From Podarcis liolepis (Eukaryota), in assembly GCA_965112155.1 (NCBI GenBank), contig OZ218099.1: a DNA stretch of 64,000 nt; one strand, 5' to 3'. Both the position numbers and the translations under genes were made by a program. The notes under the pieces were generated by a model. That model was not told the DNA's origin, did not search any database, and saw nothing but the letters and a program-made list of their open reading frames with translations. Positions 11,749 through 22,517 of this stretch are shown piece by piece (within the stretch, counting starts at the first letter, position 1; every line of letters starts with the position of its first letter).

Positions 11749-11907
11749 GTTTGCTGTTCCAGTAACAAGAAGCCGAAAGCACCAGCCTGAAGATGACGAG
11801 TGAGACCTCGTCGAAACGTCGCCTAGACACCCCAACTCTTACACGGGAAGACACCCGAAGACACCAAAACCTGCATTCCTGTACCCGTGAAAATCTACGA
11901 AAGCAAA
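11749..11907 (+). mobile_element. Penelope-like element (PLE) terminal fragment carrying a hammerhead core
   Basis: Flanked by the 13-bp direct repeat TAACACACAATAA (11736-11748, 11908-11920). CpG-rich interior with the CTGAAGA-stem-GAAACGTC motif typical of PLE terminal repeats. Confidence 0.8.
11781..11826 (+). ncRNA. Minimal type I hammerhead ribozyme core (PLE-associated)
   Basis: CUGAAGA (11787-93), U, stem II GACGAG/CUCGUC with a 6-nt loop, GAAA, then C-GUC (palindromic ACGU stem III). Stem I is weak, with only about 2 bp. Confidence 0.65.
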
Positions 11908-13297
11908 TAACACACAATAAACGTACATATAACAATATTTAAGCAGAGCGCAGCCTACGTTGATTTTAGATACCTCAGTTATAAGACCCAGTGAGGAAAG
12001 TCATCCATATCCGAAATAAAACATATAGGAAAGGGGTGTAGCACACTGAAGGGGACCTGGTAATTTATAGCTGTCCTCTCACTGCAGTAGTAAGGGGAAG
12101 GACACTCAGTTAAAAAGACAGAAGTACAAGGCTTGGTAAAAGGTTTACATCCTTTGCCAGGAAGAAAACTATGACAAGGACAGAGCCATTTTAGGACAAA
12201 GAATGGCTAAAGAATAATCTTGCTTCCATAAATGCTGGCCAAAAGATTTTGCTCCAATTGCCAGTTGGACTAGCATTGCCATAGCAAAGGGGAAGGGCAT
12301 TCTGGTAGTTGTCACTAGTCAGAAGTACAAGGGCTACTGGGTTGTGCTTTATGTTTGACTGAAATGTAACCAGCGGTGTTGTTAAAACAAAGAAAGCTGA
12401 TTTTGCATCCCCTTTCTTGTGATTTATTCAGAGTCAGTTCAACACAGATTTAGAAATGCGTAAATGCAGACAGGACAAACATTCCATTCATTCATTCTGA
12501 TTATTTGATTCATTGTAGGGAGCAAAACAAGAATATTTGTGGTGTCATTTAACAGGCCTGTGCTGACTAACGAAGTTAGGGTGGGAGATTTTGTTTTGTT
12601 TTGGTGTATTATCATCTGCTATGAAGCTTGACAATGGATCATCTCGCAAAAAGCATACTGTGCTTTTCTTCATGCTGTTCGAGAGAGTCCCAACCCTCCA
12701 TAGCAACTTTTCTGGAGGTGCTGGTAAGGTCAAATCACCTCCCCAGTCCTTCCTCCAACATGAGCAAAACTCTGCAAAGCACAACTCTGGATCCAACCCA
12801 TTTTGTGTAATTAGATGACCTTACAGAGTATGGGCAGAATATCATAATCCAAGATGACCTACATCTTTTATATTTTAACATGGGAGTTGAATAATATTGA
12901 CGTCAACAGGGTTCTCCAATATAAGCTCATTTCCAGTTTGAGAGCAGCCTTAGATCCATTCGACACAGCAGATGTAAAGCCTTGTTGAGAGAGTGCAAGA
13001 TAAATAGGTTAAATAAACTTCAGACATATAATGATGGCACTGCAGTTTGAAAGCATGACTTAAAGCTGCAGGCTGACTCTACTTCTAACTTGTCCCGAGC
13101 TCCACAACAAGGAAAACTTACTATTGTTCAAATACTCACTATAGTAGCACAGAGAATATACTGTATACAAAATGAGGATGATCCATAAAATCAAAGATGC
13201 ATAAAAGTTCAAGGTGCCCATATATTCTAAAAGGATGTGTGGTGGTGGTGAAATATTCATTTTCAGGGCAGGATACAAAATAATACAACAAACAATA

Positions 13298-13328
13298 CAA
13301 ACAAACAAACAAACAAACAAACAAACAA
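13298..13328. repeat. (AAAC)n microsatellite
   Basis: Tandem AAAC units. Confidence 0.9.
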
Positions 13329-13384
13329 CAGAATAAAACAGATGTCAATGGAATCCAAACCACAAATTAAAAGCTTGAGAAAGT

Positions 13385-13600
13385 AAAAGAGCCTTTGCCC
13401 GGATGAAAAAGTCAATAAAATAGGTGCCTAATAAGCCTCCCTGAGGAGAACATTCTATTCTATTGTTGTTATTTGCTTACAATAAAACGGAATATAAATT
13501 GTAATGCATAAATAAAATGAAAATAAGCAGGATGCCACACCAGAGAAGGCCACCTTCCCAGTTACTACCCACCTCACTTCAGATAGCAGAACCTTTCGGA
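13385..13600 (-). mobile_element. Degraded L2-like LINE 3' fragment
   Basis: Motifs such as GCCTCCCTGAGGAGAACATTC and GCCACACCAGAGAAGGCC resemble antisense L2 3' regions. Confidence 0.45.
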
Positions 13601-14900
13601 TAACCAACTCCTATTGGAACAGGCAATTCTGTTTTGAGCTTTATAATTGTGTAAGCATTTAAGAGTGAAGTTTTCATCAGTTAGCCTAATCAGCAGTCTA
13701 CTGGTTTCCCAAGAATACCAAAGTAACATATTTGCAGTCAATGACACATTAGAATAGTCTTATCTGGATGTCACCAAAGCACGGCCACACTACCCCTGTC
13801 CAATAGGGGTCACAACTGCTTCACCAGCCTTAGCTTGGTAGAAAAGGCATTATGTGCCACTGAGGCTCCCATGGAAAAGCTGAATCTATGGGCACCCACC
13901 AAACTGGACAATTTATCCTTTAAGGCAGGGGAAGCTGCCAAGATCCCAAATTTGGCTGTGGCAGCAAAAGGGGATGGGAAACAGACACAGGGCTGGGAAA
14001 CTTCCCCTTTCCAATAATCAGACTGATTGTTTGATGAGTGGACAGGTGCTATAACCCATGCCCTTGTCAGGTAACTTTCATGAATCATCTGAGGAGCAGG
14101 GCTGCCTGCCTCTGTGTGTATGTATGTGTGTCCTGTGTATGCCTGTGTTGCATGGGCAGTCACACTCATCACTAAAATGTAGTCTTCAGAGGGTTGGCCA
14201 AAGGTGAATATGGTTTCAGGCCAAAAGAGGATAGTCACCCTTGCTATAGAGGGAGTGAAACCCCACCCAAAAGAGATTAAACCCCACCCACCCAGGCAAA
14301 CAAACCACCCACCAACAGTATTTCTATCTTCTCTAGACAGAGTTTCAGGGTTTGATTTTTTTTTTAAATTGAGACTGCATTCTTTTAAAAAGTTATTTAT
14401 TAAGAAAATACGTTTACTGCTTAAAGAACTATGTATAATTTGAACACGTCCAATAAGGAGTAACATAAGCAATTTGAGCTATACAAATCTATTTGAGGAT
14501 TAGCAATGTTTAAAGTTCCTGCTGTTTTCAAGTGGGTTGCAACTGAAGAGGTGATTTATGGAATAGTTTCTCCCCATTAAGTATTAGCAAATGGTCTCTC
14601 CATCCTCAGAGTACTAAGCAATATTCCTGAAGCAATGAGGTAACATTTAGGTCTTTCTGGGCAAGGATGCATTCAAGCATTTTGACTAAATCAAAAAATG
14701 TCTGTCACTTATCCAAGGTCAGAAAACAACACCCAAGGATAAGGCAAATCGCTAGTTAAATGGGTGTCACATGGCATCTCACATGGAACGTTCAGAAAGA
14801 ATAGCAGTTCCATTCAACACAACACAGTAGTTTGCAGGAGTTTAGCTGGCACTGAAAACAATTAAGAAACAATAGATTTCTTGGTGTATTAATATTATTC

Positions 14901-15050
14901 AATAATAATAATAAATTTTATTTATACCCCACCCTCCCCAGCCAAGACTGGGCTCAGGGTGGCTAACAACCAATAATAAAAACAAGTTGACTAAAATACA
15001 ATTTAAAAAAACAAGATTAAAATATAACATTGAAACATTAAGATGCAGCC
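14901..15050 (-). mobile_element. L2/CR1-group LINE 3' end
   Basis: (AAT)n tail followed by TTTATTTATACCCCACCCTCCCC...GGGCTCAGGGTGGCTAACA, an antisense L2-type 3' terminus. Confidence 0.65.
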
Positions 15051-15898
15051 TTAATGTTTTTAGCATGATCACTGCTATCCATATACACCATTAAAACTCT
15101 TTATATATTTGAGCTCAAAATGATACTCAGTTTTATCTCAGTATTTCTGATTTAATTCAGTTCACAGGCTTGGCAATCAAGAGCTAATGCTGTAGACCTC
15201 ACAGTTAGAACCACAAGGCAACTGGCATATAATCTGAATTTTCATTTTCTTCTCCCCATGAGAGAGACCATGTACTGACAGGAACTTTAGTACATCGGCT
15301 TTCTCCCAGCTCTCCAATCTATCTGCTTGCTATAACCACTTTATTTGCCTGAACACTCATTTCCTATTTACACAGTGTTGAGGTGAAGACTATCAAGCCT
15401 ATGTATAATGCCCTGAATTATTATTGTTCCACATGACTACTGAAGCAAGGTAGCACAAAGTATATTATAGCTTTTTCAGTGGTTGTTCTAATACTTTTTT
15501 GTCTTTTATGCACACTAGGGGTGGGGGGAGAATAGCATTAGAATTTGTTAAGAAGATTACATGACCAATGGGTGGGGGAACCAAGCCACTACAATGTTCA
15601 GAGCACTGTAGAATATGATGTTGTTACTAAAATGGTAAAGTGTGGTTGGTAACCATTAAAGCAGTAAATTATAGTTGTTATTAGTATCACTGTCAGGGTT
15701 GGGAGACAAAGCCAGCCAGGCAAGTTGTTGAGTCTTTGGGCTTTTTAAAGCATTTTTCTTTAAAAATCGCTCTAGTTGCCATATGTCCACCTGGACGCCA
15801 TTTTGAAAGTCTGATTTCTGGACGTGACTGGGGAAACCCAGACACATGGCAGCCCTACACCTAATGTCCTCAGCTGTGAGATACCCTATAATTCTACC

Positions 15899-16034
15899 CA
15901 GTTCTTTTTTTCCTTAAAAAATGTTTAGGGGTACTCTCATTTTCCTACTCATATTGAAATACTGCCCCTCAATGAGGCCAAACTTAGATTCACAAAATGT
16001 TTGGGGCATGCATACCCCCAGGAAAAAAGCACTG
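15899..16034. mobile_element. hAT MITE (same family as 6569-6722, opposite orientation)
   Basis: CAGTTCTTTTTT...AAAAAAGCACTG with perfect 8-bp TSD ATTCTACC. Confidence 0.92.
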
Positions 16035-16106
16035 ATTCTACCCGAAAAATGGCCAACTCCTATGTTGCCAAGCTAGTGTGAGACATGCTTCAGTTTAAAA
16101 GCTCTA

Positions 16107-16345
16107 CAGTGGTACCTTGGCTTACAAACACCTCGGGTTACAGACACTTCGGGTTACAGACTCCACTAACCCGGAAGTAGTACCTCGGGTTAATAACTTT
16201 ACCTCAGGATGAGAACAGAAACTGTGCGGCTGCGTGGCGGCAGCAGAAAGCCCCATTAGCTAAAGTGGTACCTCAGGTTAAGAACGGTTTCAGGTCAAGA
16301 ACAGACCTCTGGAACGAATTAAGTTCGTAACCAGAGGTACCACTG
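16107..16345. mobile_element. Tc1/mariner-superfamily (Tigger-like) MITE
   Basis: TA|CAGTGGTACCT...AGGTACCACTG|TA. Similar to 19784-20024. Confidence 0.92.
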
Positions 16346-16435
16346 TACTGGGTAAAAAGCAAACTGTGAATGCATACACAGTTTCTCCCCACACTTGTGT
16401 ATTGTTTCTTTGGATCAACAGGCATAAAGTTTCTT

Positions 16436-16829
16436 TTTTTTAATAAATATTTATTAAGGTTTTTACAATGTTACAAAATGAAAGAGAGAAAAGAAAAAAT
16501 ACAAAATAAAAATAGTTAAAAACAATTCAATCTTTTCATCACTTATCTTTCATTTACTTGTTTCCTGGACCTCCTCATACCTCCTCTTTTTGTATTCCAG
16601 TTCAATTTATTTGTTCAGCAATTCCTTTCCCTCCTTATTTTATCCTGATCTTTAATCTTGATATATTGTAACCTAAAGTTACCTGTTAAGAATCCAATTT
16701 TTTTCATATTCTTTTATACCATTACAGCTAGAAACCCCTTAACTTCAATCCAATATCATTCTAACATTCATTAATTTTACAATATTTCTGTAAATAGTCT
16801 TTAAATTTCTTCCAATCTTCTTCCACCGA
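16436..16829 (-). mobile_element. 5'-truncated L1-clade LINE (3' end)
   Basis: 16-bp TSD AGGCATAAAGTTTCTT (16420-16435, 16830-16845) and a poly-T/TTTATT tail. The ORF2 end (VEEDWKKFKDYLQKYC on minus) matches the copy at 56840-57870. Confidence 0.9.
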
Positions 16830-17948
16830 AGGCATAAAGTTTCTTCTAAAATAATATGAACCCTTACATGTAAATATTATTTTAAAGTAATTATGCTAAG
16901 GTATTTATTTTCTATACAGCAGTTTCTTTTAGCTAAAATTGAGCTCTAAATGTAAGGAGAATAGCAAAAACTGGCTACAGTTTGAAAAATTCTGGATGAG
17001 AAAACTTTTTATATATGCCTACATGCTCTAACAGACCATCATTTTAAACAGGATTTTCCACGCACTTTTTATATAAAGAGTTAACAGTATTTCTGTCGGC
17101 ATGATTGTCAAGAGAGGCTATCCTTTGGAAGACCAGAAATATGTTATTAATACAGTGCAATCATTTAAGAACAAAAGTAAAATTTCTGTATTGAGCTTCT
17201 GAACACAGAAGAAACGTTCTTTTAGCAAAGCTATTGTAAAAAGACAGCTCTTTTCATGTGTGACTATCAATATCACCCAGAACACATTTACTTGAAAGTA
17301 TGTGCCTTTAATTCCAGTAGCATCCTGCCAGCATCTAATTTGTCTAAATCCTGCAAATCAATTCGGTACGCTATAAATACACTATGAAAAAGAATAAAAG
17401 CTGTAACAAGAGGTTAAGTTTTGCTGGATTAAGGAGTTCTATTTTGCTCCATTTTTTTAAAGGCTATTTACAAAACTTTTCATTTTTGTACTTTTGTGCT
17501 TCAGTAGTAGGATGAGAATCAACTACAAAATAAACATTAGCATGCATCTAGGCATCCAGGTTAATTAAATATAAGGCTAGCTGAGCACACAGAAAGGGCA
17601 TCAACCCAGAACCTTAGCAGCACATCCAACCAAATGAATTGCTAAACTCTGACCTGTTTTCTTTGATTTAAGTAAATCATCTCCTCAGTTACACTGAAAG
17701 ATCACAGCCACTTCGCACAATCACACAAAATTAGCAGTGAATTCAACAACAAATGTACATGGAGCCTGGAAAATATTCCACATGGCATTTTAAAATAATT
17801 TTCTCTAATTTGATATTTTGAATGTTATTTCTAAGGAATTAATGAGCAATTCTGTCAGACTATAGAGCCGTCTTGATGCAAAATATTTAACATATTGATT
17901 CAGCTTGCTTCCAACAGCAGTTTTAACTCAAGTTTAAAATGGAATTTT

Positions 17949-17998
17949 ATCTATCTATCGAACTATCTATCTAATCTACCCACCTCCCTATCTATCTA
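17949..17998. repeat. Degenerate (CTAT)n repeat
   Basis: Interrupted ATCT units. Confidence 0.6.
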
Positions 17999-18240
17999 CC
18001 ATGTGTTATTCAGATAGGGAACACAATCACCCCAAAGCAATGAAAAAGCAAGCAAATGTCCTAACAGTTTTAAAAGTTTCCTTCTGACTTCCAATACCTG
18101 AGGCTTTTGAATTTCCACCTTGCTGCAATTTAGGAGTTTCTTTTATCATACTGATGTATACACGAAACCACGGAGGGTAACCCATCAAATGTGCATGGGG
18201 AGTGCATGAGCTGTTTCTAAAGGCATGCCAAGTCCTAGAA

Positions 18241-18305
18241 CCCTTCTTTGATTCTTCTTTCCTTCTTTCTTTCCTTCCTTTCTTCCTTCCTCTCTCTCTC
18301 TCTCT
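18241..18305. repeat. Compound (CTTT/CCTT/CT)n pyrimidine tract
   Basis: Low-complexity tract. It produces the spurious ERKKE-type ORFs in the track. Confidence 0.85.
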
Positions 18306-18363
18306 CATTGTTTAGTCGTGTCCGACTCTTCGTGACCCCATGGACCAGAGCACGCCAGGCACT
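18306..18363 (-). mobile_element. BovB (RTE) LINE extreme 3' end
   Basis: GTCGTGTCCGACTCTTCGTGACCCCATGGACCAGAGCACGCCAGGC is the antisense BovB/Bov-A-type 3' sequence, inserted in a (CT)n tract. Confidence 0.85.
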
Positions 18364-19783
18364 CTCTCTCTTACCTGTCCGTATAATTAGCTGATTTAAA
18401 GAAAGCAATAAGGTGGGATGAAGAAGGACATGAAGAGCGGTATTAGGGGAAGCAGGAGGGAGCACATACATCAGGGAAAGGAGCATACTGTTAACCTATG
18501 AGCTAACTATGTTTTTTAAAAAATCCATTAAAATAACAAATATTGATTCCAAGTTGCTTATTAGCAATTGTGGCCTCTTTAATGTGAAATTTATTACCAC
18601 TTGAGATTAGGTATGTTTTAACAATCTAATTGTTAAGTCACATGTTTATAATCTTTTCTTTTTTAAACCCAAACTTTTTCTGAATGAAATTTCCAATTGC
18701 CACCTGCTGATTGCCTTCTGGTGTTGTGTTATTTTTGGTGTATATTTTGCAGTTATTTTTGATTTACTATACACTATTCTGTTATATCATAATGTGAACA
18801 ACTTACAAATCTTCAAAAATAATATAATATTTAATTCTCCGGTACAACCTGCTGAGGGGACCAAATTTAATGTCCTTTTTTTATATGATCTGATAAGAGG
18901 CAATGTTTACCCACAATTTTTATATAACAAACTACTCACTTTCCCACATTCTACTATATGTTATCTGGGATGTGAGTGGGGTATATTCAAAAGAAATGTG
19001 CACTGTGAGAAAATTAAGGCCGGAGCCAAATGAATACCATATCAAAAAAAGAACACGATTTTTATTCCCAGTTATCTAAATGGCTTTCACTATGATATTA
19101 GGTAAATCATCTACCTTTCCTGCACTTCAGCCTTACCTAGTAAAATGCTTTAAAAATTGAGGACAACAGAAGTGCTAATGCAGGCAATTAATTATAACTC
19201 TTTAAAAAAGCTATAAAACTCTCACTCTTTGACAGAAGTAATATTACACTGAGGCAATACAGATCCATATTAATCACATGGTACCATCACATGAACCATT
19301 ATGCTTATCTGCTTAACATGTTGTGATTAGAAAGTTTGTTGGGGGGGGATTCAAATAAAAAGGTACTTTAACAAACCTGTACCCCTTGAGATACAGTGTA
19401 AGCACGGAGAGACAAGTAATAACATTTGATTCTCGTATATCTGAAATGTTTTTATTTCTAAAATTAAATTTATATATTTTCTCTCCTTTAAGGAATTCAG
19501 GAACTCAAATTGCAGCTTTCAGCTTAATGAAAACCTGAATTCTCACCCGTACTATTCCTAAATTAGTTAATGCAATTATTCTGCTCTAATTTTTAAAAAT
19601 TGTTATTAACATTTACCGGTAATTATCATGTCCTGTAATGGTTTAACTTATTACATGATGATCACATGGAATAAGACATGTTGTGAGGTACAATAGTCAG
19701 TCCCTGGTGGTTATAATTCGGAATTCACTATAAATGGCAAGGCAATATCCTCCAATGTCACAGAGGAAATAAGAAGTACTGTA

Positions 19784-20024
19784 CAGTGGTACCTCAAGTT
19801 ACAAGCGCCTCAGTTTACAAACGCTTCAGGTTACAAACTCCGCTAACCTGGAAGAGTTACCTTGAGTTGAGAACTTTGCTGCAGGATGAGAACGGAAATC
19901 GTATGCTGGCGGCACAGCGGCAGCAAGAGGCCCCATTAGCGAAAGCACGCCTCTAGTTAAGAACAGTTTCAGGTTAAGAACGGACCTCTGGAATGAATTA
20001 AGTTCGTAACTAGAGGTACCACTG
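19784..20024. mobile_element. Tc1/mariner-superfamily (Tigger-like) MITE
   Basis: TA|CAGTGGTACCTC...GAGGTACCACTG|TA. Same family as 16107-16345. Confidence 0.92.
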
Positions 20025-20251
20025 TACTGTGAAACGAAAGGCAGCATTGCACTGGAATCTAGCTTGTAGCTGGAAACAATTACAAACTGCTGGAAAATGG
20101 GAGACTACGAAAGGAAAACCGCAACAACAAAACACAGGCCCACAAATCTTTCTTACATCCAGTACAACTCTGCTTCTGAACTTGTTTGAGCAGTGTTTAA
20201 ATTTCACTGCTTCAGTTTCTCATACTCTCATGACATAATGTCCCCAAAAGC

Positions 20252-20336
20252 AAGTTCATTCCATGGCTGCAGTGCTTTATTTGTAAAATGAAGTGCTTAA
20301 GCCTGTCTGAAAACTGTATGTTCTGACCTAGAATTC
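20252..20336 (+). repeat. Copy 1 of an ~85-bp direct repeat (copy 2 at 21301-21386)
   Basis: AAGTTCAT..CTGCAGTGCTT.ATTTG.AAAATGAAGTGCTTAAGCC..TCTGAAAACT.T.TGTTCTGACCTAGAATTC occurs twice, about 1050 bp apart. Confidence 0.9.
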
Positions 20337-20344
20337 CATTAGAC

Positions 20345-20488
20345 CACTGTTGTCTACTCATACTGGCTGATAGTAGCTCTCCAAGATTACAAGCAGGGTT
20401 TTTTTAAAGTCCTACTTGAAGATGCTGTGGATTGAACCTGATACCTTTTGCATGCAAGGAGTGCACTCTACCACTAAGCTGCAGTCCT
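20345..20488 (-). mobile_element. Old tRNA-derived SINE (Squam3-like)
   Basis: On minus: GCTTAGTGGTAGAGTGCAC...TGCATGCAAAAGGTATCAGGTTCAATCC, with A and B boxes of a tRNA-like head. Confidence 0.7.
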
Positions 20489-21300
20489 TCCTCAACATCT
20501 AATGGTGATTTTCACATGCGAGTGAGCCATCTCATATTAAATATTATTGGTGCAACCACAAAGCTTTTCAGCACATTCTATTTCGGGATGAGATCTGAAT
20601 AGGTGTGTGATCTAAACCTGAGAAATTTCAACTGAAGAAACCTGGGGTCAGGGGGAAATATTTTGAAAAACATAAACATGTCTTAGGAAACAAATAAAGA
20701 AAAATGTAAAAAAAAATATATTACAGGAAGGAAAATGGTGTGGTTGCACACAGCAATGGTTTTTTTGTAAATACCTACTAGTATTCGAAAAACTGTGGTA
20801 AGGTAGCTGCTATACTGCCTCAAATCATTACACATTTTCACAGAGCACTGACTCATGAAACAAAGTCCACCTCACTTTACATATGGTAAACATGAGAAAG
20901 AAACATTTGTACCTTCTCTGTAATTGAAACCTTTTCCTCAACCAATTTCCTTAATGCAGGCCTGTTAATAACATGAAGGTATTCCACAACTGGGGATTCT
21001 GAAGTCTCTGCTACAACTTCAGTATTATCACTCTCTGATATGCTTGGTCTGATGTCAAGTGGTTATATAACTGTCTAAATTATATCCTCATGGACTAGGG
21101 CTAATGGATCAGGGTAAGGTTCAACCGTTTCGACCCCCAGCTCATTGGCATCCCTGGCTGTTTCTGGGTACAACATACAAGGATACAATTCTGGATTGTA
21201 TAAACAGCTGTAGAAGGAAGTAAATCTGTCTCCCTATATCTGTGAGTTTGTGGCCGCTGAATCAACCTTATGGTCCCTGCAAGTGTGCAATCTGCTGTTT

Positions 21301-21386
21301 AAGTTCATCCCTGTGTCTGCAGTGCTTCATTTGCAAAATGAAGTGCTTAAGCCCTTCTGAAAACTATGTGTTCTGACCTAGAATTC
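21301..21386 (+). repeat. Copy 2 of the ~85-bp direct repeat
   Basis: See 20252-20336. Confidence 0.9.
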
Positions 21387-21840
21387 TATACCCCTAATTC
21401 AAAATTGTACGAGGGTTAATTGTGGTTACTTAGGGACAAGGGAAAAGCAATCTATAAATGCCCTTTATATAATTGCTTCATCTATTCCAAGGCACCAAGC
21501 TCAAACACAGCTCCAAGCATTTGAGCCAATGGACAAAATGCTAAACATCCCACATTGTGAGACAAATCTCTTATTACATAAGTCTAGAGGCAGTAAAAAG
21601 AAAATGTATAATTACAATGTAGCAACAGATATAATTAACTGATCATGTAAACCAACCATGGAGGTTGCAGCCTTGCTGTTTGACAGGGTTCCTGTGCTTT
21701 CAACAACCAGAATGAGGCATAAATACAACTGCATCTCCATGCTGGGAAAGGCTTGTTTGTCTAATGTTTCCACCACACTGCTAAAGGCTAAATATATAAA
21801 TAAAGCAACACAGCGAACAGTATGCAGCATATTGCTTATC

Positions 21841-21939
21841 GTTTCAGTGTATCTGAAGAAGTGTGCATGCACACGAAAGCTCATACCAAGAACTAACTTA
21901 GTTGGTCTTTAAGGTGCTACTGGGAGGAATTTTTTTATT
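21841..21939 (+). mobile_element. Penelope-like element terminal fragment
   Basis: 9-bp flanking repeat TTGCTTATC (21832-21840, 21940-21948). Hammerhead core followed by TTAGTTGGTCTTTAAGGTGCTACT, typical of reptile PLE ends. Confidence 0.85.
21849..21886 (+). ncRNA. Minimal type I hammerhead ribozyme
   Basis: Stem I GUAU/AUAC, CUGAAGA-A, stem II GUGUG-CAUG-CACAC, GAAA, G-C-U-C (palindromic AGCU stem III). Predicted cleavage after C21882. Confidence 0.8.
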
Positions 21940-22061
21940 TTGCTTATCTAAGTAAGCCTCACGAATTCCTACATAAAAGGAATTAAGAAACCTACTCTGG
22001 TGGAGAACGAGAAATTGTTCTGATTCATTTTTTAAAAGGATTTGTGTGAGTTGAACAATAC

Positions 22062-22517
22062 TGTCAGGGAACTGCCATCAGTGCTGGAGGGAGAGAGCAG
22101 AAGCCAGAGGGATTCCAGAGAGCGTCCAGGGATCGGGAGAAGCAGCCCATCTTCTGGGGAAGAGAATCAGCGTAGCACCAGTGAAGAAGGGGGGCAGATG
22201 GGGGAAGCGGCGAGGCGGTCCCATGACTCCTTGCCTGGGACCAGCAGGGAGAGTAGGGGTCCTCCATTGCCCATGCCCTCCCTGCGCAGAAGGCTTTCGC
22301 GCAGAGAGGGTAGGCGGAGACTAGGCGTCAAGGAGCTTCTTTGCTGGAAGAAGTTTAAGAAACGCCCACTGACGGATTCTGCCAGTGACTGAGTCAGCCA
22401 CGGGTGAGTGGCGTCCAGACAGATAAAGTTTACTTAGGCAGCCCAGCCAGGTGTTTGCACCCAGCCAGGGAGATAGTTGCCTGCTTACGCACGAGCAACC
22501 CCTTAGAAACCTTTACA
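22062..22517. mobile_element. Solo LTR (Gypsy-like or ERV-like)
   Basis: TGTCA...TTACA termini with a perfect 5-bp TSD AATAC (22057-22061, 22518-22522). CpGs are retained. Confidence 0.88.

Noticed and set aside
13810-14472. Longest ORF in the track (220 aa, minus)
   Set aside because: It has a non-ATG start, runs through low-complexity and repeat-like DNA, and shows no recognisable domain or splice context.
18375-18390. Micro-exon candidates (16 nt here; also ~1354-1361, ~43271-43300, ~61691-61722)
   Set aside because: AG...GT pairs of this quality are expected by chance in 64 kb, most are not frame-preserving, and nothing else supports them.
20252-20336. Duplicated 85-mer as a C/D snoRNA or miR-302/430-type miRNA (contains CTGA twice and AAGTGCTT)
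   Set aside because: There is no proper C box or terminal stem, and no hairpin around the seed-like word.
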